Source of the DNA: Octopus sinensis
Lineage: Eukaryota
Length of the DNA stretch: 16,865 nucleotides
Reading direction: 5' to 3'
Assembly (NCBI RefSeq): GCF_006345805.1
Contig: NW_021825026.1
Coordinates: 1 to 16,865, forward strand
The position numbers were made by a program, and so were the translations under genes. Numbering within the stretch: the first letter of the stretch is position 1; each line of letters starts with the position of its first letter. The notes beneath the pieces are model-generated. The model had not been told where the DNA came from and searched no databases. It saw only the letters and a list, made by a program, of their open reading frames with translations. This document shows, piece after piece, positions 1-10,780 of the stretch.

Positions 1-95
1 TATGTGAATGCATGTATTAATATATATATATATACACCCACGCTCACACACACACTCATATATATATACATGCATGCACATACATCTATATATAT

Positions 96-298
96 TAGAG
101 GCAACTCCAGGTCATCAGCATCACATGGGCTCATGCACTTATTTCACATAAGACACATGCCTGCTCGAAGAATTTCACGTTTTTCTGCAATATCTCTAGC
201 CCCAAATGGCTTGTTTTTTATATCTAGCACTATGTCGTCCTTTATTTCTAAGTTAAGGGTAAAAATAAAGCAACCCTGCAGAACACAACTGATCTTTA
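96..298 (-). mobile_element. Terminal ~200 bp fragment of the TIR element at 10823-11591, in inverted orientation
   Basis: Reverse complement of 11389-11591 (e.g. gcaaccctgcagaacacaactgatcttta vs taaagatcagttgtgttctgcagggttgc); starts with the TIR-like tagaggcaactccag. Confidence 0.85.
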
Positions 299-299
299 A

Positions 300-577
300 G
301 TGGGGGAAAGTTGAGCAAGAGACCAAGAAAACTCCTTGTAACAGCAAAGATGAACTGAAGAAAAGGTTTATGGTAGCATTCACCAACTTAAACAAGGAGA
401 CCGTCCAGAAGAGTTGCAGGAGATTCTGAAGTCGTCTGGAGGCCATGGTTGAATAAATTTACTCCTTAGTTTTTCAGGATATTTTTATGTAATTTTGGTA
501 AATATATGTTAAAATGAGATGTCAGTGTTATTTTCATTTTTGTGTAATTTAGATGATAGTTTATTCACCATACCCTG
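300..577 (+). mobile_element. Tc1/mariner-superfamily 3' remnant (decayed transposase C-terminus plus right end)
   Basis: Translates WGKVEQETKKTPCNSKDELKKRFMVAFTNLNKETVQKSCRRF*SRLEAMVE, the typical post-SPDLNP C-terminus. Ends ...ataccctg followed by TA (578-579). Confidence 0.8.
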
Positions 578-626
578 TATACATACATACATACATTCAT
601 ACATGCATATATATATATATATATAT

Positions 627-912
627 CACCGTGACCGACCAGGCTATCTGATGTTGCTACACATCGCTGGTCACAATGCGCTTCATATTGTTTTAGCCTT
701 CAAATGACGCCACCCCGCTGGCTAAGCGAGCAGGCCAACAGAAGGAATGAGTGAGAGAAAGTTGTGGCAAAAGAGTACAGCAGGGATCGCCACCATCCCC
801 TGCCAGAGCCTCGTGGGGCTTTAGGTGTTTTTGCTCAATAAACACTCACAACGCCCAGCCTGGGAATTGAAACCGCGCTATCCTACGATCGCAAGTCCGC
901 TGCCCTGACCAC

Positions 913-913
<1 letters not shown>
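627..913 (-). mobile_element. tRNA-derived SINE, slightly 5'-truncated
   Basis: Minus strand starts tgtggtcagggcagcggacttgcgatcgtagg...ggtttcaattccc (tRNA-like head, B-box-like); GC-rich body between TA tracts. Confidence 0.75.
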
Positions 914-947
<34 letters not shown>

Positions 948-1059
948 CACCCAACACACATATATATATATATTATACACATGCACAACACACACACAAC
1001 ACACATACGACAGACACCCATCCATATATATATGCACACACACACACACATGCACTCAT

Positions 1060-1355
1060 ATGTGGCGACTCCATGTAAAAGCCCCCAATGCGGTCCCACA
1101 TAAAATCACCTTTGTGGTTCCACATAAAAGCCTCCATGCAACACCATGTAAAAGTGCCCATGTGGCGCTATGTAAAAGCGCCCAGCACACACTCTCTAAA
1201 GTGATAGGCATTAGCAAGGGCATCCAGCTGTAGAATCCATGCCAAATCAGACTGGAGTCTGGTGCAACTCCCTGGCTTTCCAATTCTGGTCAAACTGTCC
1301 AACCGATGCCAGCATGGACAACGGACTTTAAATGATGATGAGGATGAGGATAATG
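1060..1355 (+). mobile_element. 3' end of RTE-type LINE/SINE family with (ATG)n tail, preceded by ~22-bp ccatgtaaaagc-type subrepeats
   Basis: gggcatccagctgtagaa...atgccagcatggacaacggactttaaatgatgatgag; homologous (inverted) to 8218-8560 and 12104-12612. Confidence 0.75.
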
Positions 1356-1564
1356 ATATATAACACATATACATGCATACCTCTACATACACACACCACA
1401 CACACACACCTGTATTTGTAATATGTGATGGTGATGGTGGTAACGGTGGTGTTTGCTGCGACTGTTTGCCTCCCTTTCGAGCAGCCTTCTCAGCAGCAGT
1501 GGTTGTTGTTGTTGTTATTGTTGCTATTGTTGTTGCTATCTCAATAGCAACAGTAACAACAATG

Positions 1565-1985
1565 GGCGCAGGAGTGGCTGTGTGGTAAGTAGCTTGCTAA
1601 CCAACCACATGGTTCCGGGTTCAGTCCCACTGCATGGCATCCTGGGCAAGTGTCTTCTGCTATAGCCCCAGGCTGACCAATGCCTTGTGAGTGGATTTGG
1701 TAGACGGAAACTGAAAGAAGCCCGTCGTATATATAGTATATATATATATATATATATGTATGTTGCTTGACGTATATATGTATATATATATATATATATA
1801 TAATATATATATATGTTGCTGGTGTGTTTACGTCCCCGTAACTTAGCGGTTCGGCAAAAAAAAACCGATAGAATAAGTACTGGGCTTACAAAGAATAAGT
1901 CTTGGGGTCGAATTGATTCGACTAAAGGCAGTGCTCCAGCATGGCCGCAGTCAAATGACTGAAACAAGTAAAAGAGTAAAAGAGA
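1565..1985 (+). mobile_element. Full-length tRNA-derived SINE with internal (TA)n tract and short A-rich tail repeats
   Basis: A-box-like tggctgtgtgg, B-box-like ggttcagtccc, tail gtcaaatgactgaaacaagtaaaagag; second copy on the minus strand at 14861-15340. Confidence 0.9.
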
Positions 1986-2294
1986 GAATGATGGTGAAAT
2001 GGATCGGGTTAATAGTTAGCTTCAAGTTCTCTTTAAGCAGCATCTTCTAATCCTGTTGCGGGTGAGAGCAGGACATGATTTACAATTGCCTCGTCATCAT
2101 TCCAGAGTCCGTTTTCTCAAGTAGCAATATCAAATTACTAACGAGGTCAATCTAATCAACTTCAGTCTTCCACTCATGCTCCACTTACACTCCAACTCCC
2201 ACTTCCTACACTCGCTCATAATAAATGTGTTCATTTATGAATTGGCTACTTTTTAAAGATTTTTAATATTTATTATTATTAATATTACTATTAA

Positions 2295-2510
2295 GGCGGC
2301 AAGATGATAGAATCGTTAGCAGTCTGGGCAACACACTTGACGGCATATCGTCCGTCCTCATGATCTGAGTTCAAATTCCTCCAAGGTTGACTTTGCCTAT
2401 CATACTTTTGGGGTCAGTGAAATAAGTACCAGTTATGCACTGGGGTTGATGTAATCAACTAGCCCTCCCACCTAAAATTTCAGCCTTGTGCCTATAGTAG
2501 AAAAGATTAT
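2295..2510 (+). mobile_element. SINE (third family) with gagttcaaat B-box and central gactttgcc-tcat-ttggggtc-ataagtaccag domain, (ATT)n tail
   Basis: Homologous to 6138-6275 (+) and 15646-15790 (-). Confidence 0.8.
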
Positions 2511-2601
2511 TATTATTATATTATTATTATTATTCAGTAGTTTTAGTTTGATATATATATATATATTACGGAGATGTACTTGCATAACAAGTGATTTGTT
2601 G

Positions 2602-2645
<44 letters not shown>

Positions 2646-3428
2646 TTGCTATTATGTTAAACTGTCATATGTCTGAATTTGGCCAAATATGTTTTTTCGA
2701 ATATTTATTTTTGCTTGCAATAGTCGGTTCTTTTGGTCAAACTATTGTATCTCTGGCTGCTTCAGATGCCAAGATATCAAAAGTTGCCAAAGTGTAGTAC
2801 AACAGTTTTGCAATGGATTGGTGAAACTATTCTTTCGTTTTCTGAAAAAGCAATGTTTTGGACTTATGTCACTTTTGCATAAAAGCAACGATATATGTAT
2901 TTATTCATTTATTTATTTATTTATATCTGTACACACTCACACACACACACCACACACACACACACCACAGATGCAATGGTTACTGAACGATTTTGAGTAA
3001 TGCGATCAATTGTTCTCGTAAACATGAGCACCACAGATGTGGCCTTTCAGTTCAGGTTTGGCCATTGATTCTTTCATACAGATGTCGCAGCAATGGACAC
3101 TATATGTAGATACACACGCACACACACTTCAAGGTGGTTGTGTGCATACACAAGTCAAAGAGGTTGTGAACTTGAAAAACGGAAAGAATTGTGTGATGCT
3201 GCTAGAGAGTTGAGTGCGAGTTCAGGAGCGTGGTAGCCAAAAAGGAAATGTAACTGAGAGAAAACTCATTCACTGACATACAAACCGAATCAATCTGAAT
3301 TACCAAAATTGGTGATCAAGAAACAAAGCAAGGAACAATAATGGTATTATCCTTGACAGTGACTAAATTTGTTGTTGTTGCTATTGTTGCTGACATACCC
3401 CCATTTTGCTGGGAGTTATGAACCTTAG

Positions 3429-3531
3429 TCTATCTATCTATCTATCTATCCGTCCGTCCGTCCGTCCGTCTATCTATCTATCTATCTATCATCTATCTAT
3501 CTATCTGTCTATCTATCTATCTTTCTATCTG

Positions 3532-3570
<39 letters not shown>

Positions 3571-3575
3571 ATCTG

Positions 3576-3645
<70 letters not shown>

Positions 3646-3785
3646 CATCCATCCATCCATCCATCTTTTTTCTGTCTTCCTTCCTTCCTTCCTTCCTTCC
3701 TTCCTTCCTTTGTTTGTTCTTTCCTTTGTTCATTCCTGTGTTCATTCATTCATTTGTTCCTGCCTTTCTTTCTTTCTTTCTTTTG
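3429..3785. repeat. Compound tetranucleotide microsatellite (CTAT)n/(CCGT)n/(CCAT)n/(CCTT)n/(TTTC)n
   Basis: Visible directly. Confidence 0.95.
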
Positions 3786-3946
3786 AGGTCATGTCTGGAA
3801 CGGTTTTGATCATTGGTCGCTCAATCAGGGCTGCTGATCTAGGTTGGCTAAATAGCTGTAACGACAGTAACAGCAACAGTTACAATACAATAGCAAAGCA
3901 ACCACATCTAGGATATCATCATCATCATCATCATTATAGCGACCAA

Positions 3947-3977
<31 letters not shown>

Positions 3978-4309
3978 CTCATCCTCCCCAGCAACAGCAG
4001 TAGTAGTAGCACCCAACTCAACAACCACAATTAATTTTTCACTTTACAATCAACATATTTGAATTAGTATATAATTAGTCTTTATTAATTGTGTGCCTCA
4101 AAGTGAATTTCAGCTTTAAATTTTAGTTACATTTTGAGTTAAATTTTTATTTAATTTTTACAATTTTTTTGTTTTATGAATATTAAAAAAAATGTTCATC
4201 TTTTTATGTTTTCATTTTCGAAATTTTGAATTCAAAATGAACAGATTTTTCTTCATTTGAAATTATGTAATTTTAATTTTCAATTTTTTTTTTTTTTGGT
4301 GTTTTCCAG

Positions 4310-4382
4310 AAAGTGGATGTTTTCGGGATGATGGTTACAGATCTCATGAATAAAACTCACGAATTCCTGCAACCTAATCCTG
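4310..4382 (+). CDS. endoA: Endophilin-A internal coding exon (73 bp, phase 0 to 1), BAR helix 1: KVDVFGMMVTDLMNKTHEFLQPNP(A)
   Basis: Poly-T tract + ttccAG acceptor (4308-4309) and G|GTAAGT donor (4383). Peptide matches endophilin-A KVDVT...TIEYLQPNPA. Too short for the ORF track; found by reading the sequence. Confidence 0.95.
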
Positions 4383-4487
4383 GTAAGTTCTATCTATGTC
4401 TGTCTGTCTCTATTTGTCTATCTGTCTGTCTATCTATCTACCTATCTGTATCTATCTGGGTGTGTGTGTGTGTGTGTTATATATAAT

Positions 4488-4633
4488 AACTCATTACTAC
4501 ACCTGAGTGAACTGGAGCAACGTGAAATAAAGTGTCTTGCTCAAGAACACAACATGCAACCTTGTCTGGGATTTGAACTCACAACCTCACGATCATAAGC
4601 TCGACGCTCTAACCACTGAGCCATGCACCTTCA
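4488..4633 (-). mobile_element. tRNA-derived SINE (fourth family), 5' part
   Basis: Minus strand tgaaggtgcatggctcagtggttagagcg...gagttcaaatccc (A and B boxes); matches 4800-4936 and 7140-7282. Confidence 0.85.
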
Positions 4634-4654
4634 CATATATATATATATATATGC

Positions 4655-4936
4655 TGAGACCCCCTTCGGTTATGAATGACCGTGGGATTGCACTTAGAGA
4701 GTTACCCTCCCAGGCACAAGTCTCCCCTCTCCATGCCACCAGTGTTATCCAAGGAAAAGGCAGCAGCCGATACAGCTTGGCACCTGTGATGTCGCAACTC
4801 ATTTCTACAGCTGAGTGAACTGAGCAACATGAAATAAGTGTCTTGCTAAAGAAAAACATGCACCTGGTCTGGGATTTCCAAACTCAAAACCTCACAATCG
4901 TAGCTCGGCACTCTAACACTGAGCCCTGCGCCTTCA
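4655..4936 (-). mobile_element. tRNA-derived SINE (fourth family), near full length
   Basis: Same head as 4488-4633; body atgaatgacc.tgggattgcac.tag shared with 6947-7282 and 8662-8775. Confidence 0.85.
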
Positions 4937-4937
4937 C

Positions 4938-5161
4938 TATATATATAATATATATCTATATATATTATATATGGTGTATATATATAAATATATATATATA
5001 ATATATATTATATATATATGTGTGTATATATATAAATATATATATATATATATTCTATATATATGTATTATATATATACATATATATATGTATATATATA
5101 TATATATGATATTATATATATATATGTATATATCTATATATATATATAATATATATGTAAG

Positions 5162-5199
<38 letters not shown>

Positions 5200-5674
5200 G
5201 TCTATATATATATATATATATATGTATTATATATATATATATATAGTATTAAATAATATATATATATGTTATATATATAATATTTATATATATATGTACT
5301 GTATATCTATATATATATATATATAGTATTATAGAGGTATATGTATATATATATATAGTATGATCTATGGTATATATATGTATATGTAGATGTATAATTA
5401 TATATTATTAATGTATATATATATATGTTTTAATTAGTATATAATATATATATGTATATGTTATATATATCTAATATGTATATATATATATATCTGGATA
5501 TGTATATAATATTATTATCTGTATATTATATATATGTATATTGTATATATATATATTATGTATATGTATATATATATATATATGTAATATAATATATATA
5601 TTATATGTATATATATATATATATGTATATGTATAATATATATATATGTGTATTATATATATAATATGTATATG

Positions 5675-5716
<42 letters not shown>

Positions 5717-5810
5717 TGTATATGTATATATATGTGATGTATATATATATATATATATATATGTATTATATATATATATGTATATATATAGAATATTAAT
5801 ATTATATATA
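4938..5810. repeat. Long degenerate (TA)n microsatellite, ~870 bp
   Basis: Almost pure alternating AT with scattered G/C. Confidence 0.95.
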
Positions 5811-6137
5811 CTACTCATAATATAGTAAGAGAGGGATATAGTATACAGGCAGATATGGAATTTGTTCCTTCAGCTCTCCTCCGATGTTCCTGTTTATTTC
5901 TTGGCTACTTAGAGAGTAAAGAACAATATTAAATTGAGGAGACTGAAGAATTTGAACATTCAAACTTAAGTTCCAGTTAGAATAAAAGTCTGACACACGT
6001 TCCGATTGCACTAGTCGCATATTGTTGCATATTCATATGCAGCGATTTCTGCAGTATTGGTGTGATCTCTTCTGGGCGAATAATTTGACATCGTTTGAAG
6101 AGGAATTGTATGTATGTATATCATCCTCATCCTCATC

Positions 6138-6275
6138 CAATTCTGCCGGGGGTCAACTTTGTCTTTCATCCTCTCAGGGTCGATAAATTGAGTACCAGTT
6201 GTATACTGGGGTCGGTCTAATCGACTAGCCTCCTCCCCCAAAATTTTGGGGCTCGTACCTAGAGTAGAAAAAAAA
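6138..6275 (+). mobile_element. 5'-truncated SINE of the 2295-2510 family
   Basis: gtcaactttgtctttcatcctctcagggtcgataaattgagtaccag...cctagagtagaaaa. Confidence 0.8.
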
Positions 6276-6679
6276 AAATATATATTCCTGTCTGTCTGTC
6301 TGTTCATCCACTTGTCTGTCCAGCTGTCCATTCTTCCATGATGACGATGACGATGACGATGAAGATGATGCTGACAGTTTGTCTGTCAAATTTGGTGATG
6401 ACCTAGCGACTGCAAAGAATAAGAAAAAGTGTATACAGAAAAGGATTGCTTAATAGTGTGTTGTGATTTGACCTCTAAAAGTCCTATTTTGGCAGATAGA
6501 GAAGAATTTTCCACAGACAACAGAGCATTTGTTTGGACCTGATTTGTAAGCTTCCCTTTTTGGCCTTTTATTACACAGTTCTGTGAATATGGAATCACCT
6601 TATAACCATTGGAGCTATTTTCCTTATTTGTGGGAGGTCCGGAGGAAGATACTCTCATGAATTTGGGTGAAACTTGTTT

Positions 6680-6935
6680 GTTTTCAAAGGTTGCTTTCAG
6701 TGGATCTTAGAATCTTTTATGATGTGCAATAACATTGCAGCCTTCATTTGCAAGCTTTGAATAGAGGATTGCATTTGGCAGTCTTGAGACTGGCCATTCT
6801 GATAACATGACCATTCCAAAGTAGCTGGATTTGTTTGAGACTAGCAAATAAACTGGGCACACTGGCAGGCCACAGAGCTTCTGAATCAACAAGGACACCA
6901 GTCTAAGTTAACATTTCCAGCTGGCCTAGTGCCTG
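6680..6935 (-). mobile_element. RTE-clade LINE ORF2 C-terminal remnant (frameshifted, stop codon)
   Basis: Minus strand reads LKQIQLLWNGHVIRM / SRLPNAILYSKLANEG...KRF*DPLKATF, matching the RTE pattern QLRWAGHV.RM...RLPK.ILYGEL..G.R......KRFKD.LK. Confidence 0.75.
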
Positions 6936-6946
6936 GACTGAGATCC

Positions 6947-7282
6947 GGTAAAGGGTAAAGACCACCTCTGGTCATGAATGACCATGGGATTGCACCTAGA
7001 AAGTTACCCTCTGAGGCACAGATTGTTTCTGGAAGACCAGCAGTCGCCCATGCATACCAGCCTCTCATCTCCATGCCACTGATGTTATTCAAGGGACAGG
7101 CAAAGAGGCTGATACAGCTTGGTACCAGTGACATTGCAACTCATTTCTACATTTGAGAGAACTGGGGCAAAGTAAAATAAAGTGTCTTGTTCAAGAACAC
7201 AACACACAACCCAGTCTGGGAATCAAACTCACTGCTTCATAATTGTGGGCCTGATGCTCTAACAACTGAGCCATGCGCCTTC
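6947..7282 (-). mobile_element. tRNA-derived SINE (fourth family), full length with ttaccctttacc tail
   Basis: Minus-strand head gaaggcgcatggctcagttgttagagc; body homologous to 4655-4936. Confidence 0.85.
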
Positions 7283-7451
7283 TCAAAATAACCAGGTAGA
7301 TAGGGGTATTTATTGAACTACCAGTTCTAAAGTCATGAGTTCAAATCTGTCTTCTTCTCATTCTATCATTACCATTTCCTTCTTTGTTTACACTTTTTTT
7401 TCTTTTTATTCCTTGTTTTCTCTTTCTATTCCTTGTTTTCTCTTTCTATAG

Positions 7452-7592
7452 CTTCAAGAGCAAAACTGATGGCTTTTAACTCCTTTTCGAAAATTCGGGG
7501 CCAAGCAAAGAGTTCAGTTTATCCTCAACCAGAAGGAACATTAGGAGAAACCATGATTAAATATGGAAAAGATTTAGGAGAAGATAGATTTG
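7452..7592 (+). CDS. endoA: Endophilin-A internal coding exon (141 bp, phase 1 to 1), helix-1 insert region: (A)SRAKLMAFNSFSKIRGQAKSSVYPQPEGTLGETMIKYGKDLGEDRF(G)
   Basis: Long pyrimidine tract, atAG acceptor (7450-7451), G|GTAAGT donor (7593). ASRAKL...SKIRGQ...YPQ motif of endophilin A; in frame with the previous exon (G+CT=Ala). Confidence 0.96.
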
Positions 7593-7846
7593 GTAAGTAC
7601 AATACACATATACATGCACACTCATAAAAGAATTTATACAAGATGGAATAAATAGGTTTTAATTACAAATTACAACATTTGTTTCAGTGCTGTGACAATA
7701 GTTGCAAGTTACTGAGCTTTCATTCTCATACCATTACATAAAATCATTTTATAAAGAATTACGTAAATAGATATTTTGCAGCAATATCTCTGTGCTGGTA
7801 CTTCATCAGGTAGGTTGCTTTAAAGCATATATATATATATATATAT

Positions 7847-8090
7847 ATACTAAGCAATAATGGTTTAGCAACGAGTTGCCTTACCACATACCGAATTTAG
7901 AAATAGCAGTCAAAGGGTTATAGCTATTTCTTCTACTAAAAAGGGAGATCTCAGTAAAAACAGCATTTGGAATGCTGTTTTTACTGAGATCTCCTTTTTA
8001 GTAGAAGAAATAGCTATAACCCTTTGACTGCTATTTCTAAATTCGGTATGTGGTAAGGCAACTCGTTGCTAAACCCTTATTGCTTAGTAT
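7847..8090. repeat. Near-perfect palindromic fold-back: ~120-bp arms, 3-nt loop (tgg, 7968-7970)
   Basis: 7847-7967 is the reverse complement of 7971-8090 with one mismatch and one 1-nt indel. Confidence 0.95.
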
Positions 8091-8217
8091 TACTTAAATT
8101 TTCCTCGAATGAGGCTTTTACATGCCGAAGACTACTTGGTGTAATTGATAATTTTTCCAAATTAATTAATTTCACCCTTCATTATTACGGATATATATAT
8201 ATATATATATATTATTA

Positions 8218-8560
8218 TCATCATCATCGTTTAATGGCATGGGTTTGAAGGTTTGACTGGGGACTGGTGAGCCAGATGGCTGCACCAGGCTCCAATCTGA
8301 TATGGCAGAGTTTCTACAGCTGGATACCCTTCCTAACGCCAACCACTCCGAAAGTGTAGTGGGTGCTTTTATGTGCCAGTCAGGCGGTACTGGCAATGGC
8401 CTCACTCAAATGGTGTTTTTACATGTCACCTGCATGTGAGCCAGTCCAGCGGCACTGGCAACGCCCTCGCTTGAATGTTGTTCTTCACGTACCACTGGCA
8501 CAGGTGCCAGTAAGGTGACGCTGGTAACAATCATGCTCGAATGGTGCTTTTTATGTGCCA
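8218..8560 (-). mobile_element. RTE-type LINE/SINE 3' end with (CAT)n tail on + and internal subrepeats
   Basis: tttctacagctggatacccttcctaacgccaaccactc shared with 12267-12310 and inverted with 1200-1235. Confidence 0.75.
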
Positions 8561-8564
8561 GACC

Positions 8565-8775
8565 TCAGACCTTCTGTATCAACAAGGACACTAGTCTAAG
8601 TTAGCATTTCCAGCTGGCCTAGTGCCTAACTGGCCCTTTTGACAGCTAAGTTGACTGAGATAGGGTAAAGGGTAATGACCCCCTTCGGTCATGAATGACC
8701 ATGGGATTGCACCTAGAAAGTTATCCTCGAGGCACAAGTGTGGGCAAGATTGTTTCTGGAAGACCAGCAGTCACT
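8565..8775 (-). repeat. Direct copy of the LINE/SINE junction at 6877-7047
   Basis: atcaacaaggacac.agtctaagtta.catttccagctggcctagtgcct...ggtaaagggtaa...ggtcatgaatgaccatgggattgcacctagaaag present at both sites. Confidence 0.85.
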
Positions 8776-8776
8776 C

Positions 8777-8835
<59 letters not shown>

Positions 8836-9050
8836 ATTTAGAAATAACAAAACAACAAAAGTCATGGAATGTATTAGGTTGACACTCAGTATACAAGATG
8901 GATAAATGAGTGTGTGTATAATGTTTTGAGCATGGGCTCTTCATCAGAAAGAGGAGAGAAGGAAAAAACTCCAAAGAAAGCACATGTGTGGTTACATACC
9001 TGAAGTGTCCAGAAGTCACTGTAATAGAAGATATTTGCACAAGACAGTCA

Positions 9051-9276
9051 CAGGTACCTTTGTCACCATCAATTCACTGCAGGAAAAGTTCTCTGCTGTC
9101 AGTTCACCGTGAAGAAAGTTCACTATGAGGAAAATTGACCAAGAAAATGTATACATAGTATCTCACCAGTAATAATTAAAGATTATTTTATTGCAGAAAA
9201 ACTCCCCAAAAATGGTGAATTGATGATAGTGGACTTTCCCTGCTGTGAATTGATGGTAGTGTATTAAATGGACCTG
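9051..9276. mobile_element. MITE-like element with imperfect inverted ends, inserted in a decayed SINE head
   Basis: caccatcaattcactgcaggaaaagt at left vs acttttccctgctgtgaattgatggt at right; flanking 10-bp direct repeat gcacaagaca (9037-9046, 9277-9286). Confidence 0.6.
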
Positions 9277-9820
9277 GCACAAGACACCACACAGTTAGAC
9301 TGAACCCAAAACTATGCGGTTAGGTATCAATCTTCTTACCTGTCAGCCAAGCCACACCTGTGCACATAGGTTCAAACGAATATGAACAATAAAGATGTGT
9401 GACGCTTATAGGGCAAGAAAGAACTGCATACCAGAAGGTGGTTTTGTTGTTTCTATGGTCGAGTTTAGTTTTTGTCTATGATTCATTGTTAACATATGTG
9501 GATTAGCACAGGAGTTAGACAGACACAACAGAAGCTGTGTGTGTGTGTCCTGGAGAGAGAGAGAGAGACAGTGACATTGTGGTGGTGGTGGTGGTGGTGA
9601 TCGCAGTGACAGTGGAACAGTATGCAGGTGTTAGTGGTGGTGGTGGTGGCGGTCAGAAGATGAGTGTCAAAGGTGCTGTTCTAAGGGGTGAGGTGGACGG
9701 GAGAGGAGACATGTGAGCAGGGCAGCTGTTTGATAGTTATGTCTACTTGCATGCTTTCATTTGCTTTGTATACACATTGCAGTTACTCTGGTACTTAAAC
9801 ACACACACACACACACGCAT

Positions 9821-9860
<40 letters not shown>

Positions 9861-10491
9861 ACAAACACACACACACACACTAACACATGCACTCACACAC
9901 ATTCTTTGGTACACATATTTGCATTGAGATACTACACTCATGTTTTATACACACACATATGCACACACACATGTACACATGCACACACACACACACACAC
10001 TTGTACACTCTGCCCCATCCCCATCACAGACCTTGAGGAGGCAAACATATTTTTAGAATGTGTTAGAAATTGAAATTTTAAAATGTGTGTGTGTGTGTGT
10101 GTGTGTGTGTACATGTGTATATGGCTGCAGTCAAATGACAAACAAGTAAAACAAACAAAAATAAAAGAATCTATCTATCTATTTATCCACCCACCTACCT
10201 ACTTACCTACCTACCAATCTACTTATTTATCTATCTATCTACCTGTCTGTATGTCTACTGTCAAACTCATGCTATATAATTAGTTAGAATGCTACCATAG
10301 GTTTCATGCCAACAATTATACCTATGCAGTATTGATGATAACATTCTGACTGGTTTGATACATATATATATATATATATATTTAAAATCTAAGGGAATAA
10401 TAAGTATTCAAGGTTATCAGGACATTTACTATTTTACACTTTACTAATGCAATGTAAATGATATCATTTATAATATTATTGAAATTTTGGG

Positions 10492-10780
10492 ATTTTACCA
10501 ATAGAACCGCAACTCCTATTTCAGGATAACCTTATTGTATGGAATACACATAGAAAGTTATATCCAATAAAATGATATAAGCGTTTAAAAAACCTACTAT
10601 AAAATACAATAAAAGTATTTGAAAAAATCTATATAACTTACCTGTTATTACTCTGTGGGGAAAGAAGATATTTTAATCAATACTACATGTGCTATATTAT
10701 TTTATTGGATATAACTTTCTATGTGTATTCCATACAATAAGGTTATCCTGAAATAGGAGTTGCGGTTCTATTGGTAAAAT
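10492..10780. repeat. Inverted repeat: two identical 82-bp arms (10492-10573, 10699-10780) with a 125-bp AT-rich spacer
   Basis: Base-by-base reverse complement check shows no mismatch across the 82 bp; imperfect pairing extends further on both sides. Confidence 0.95.

Larger units (their letters stand above)
4383..7451 (+). other. Endophilin-A intron (phase 1, GT-AG)
   Basis: GTAAGT...ttctatAG between two in-frame exons. Confidence 0.9.

Noticed and set aside
3710-4028. Poly-His/Gln and poly-Asp ORFs
   Set aside because: Products of (CAT)n/(CAC)n/(CAG)n microsatellites; no recognisable domain or splice support.
4570-4633. tRNA genes at SINE heads (also 1565-1630, 860-913, 7215-7282)
   Set aside because: They have A/B boxes but no complete cloverleaf or acceptor stem and continue into repeated SINE bodies.
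4971-5818. YI-rich ORFs here and HT/CV/YLSI-rich ORFs elsewhere
   Set aside because: Translations of (TA)n, (CA)n and (CTAT)n microsatellites.
7780-7815. Minus-strand ctgatgaag motif as another hammerhead
   Set aside because: No GAAA and no convincing helices follow it.
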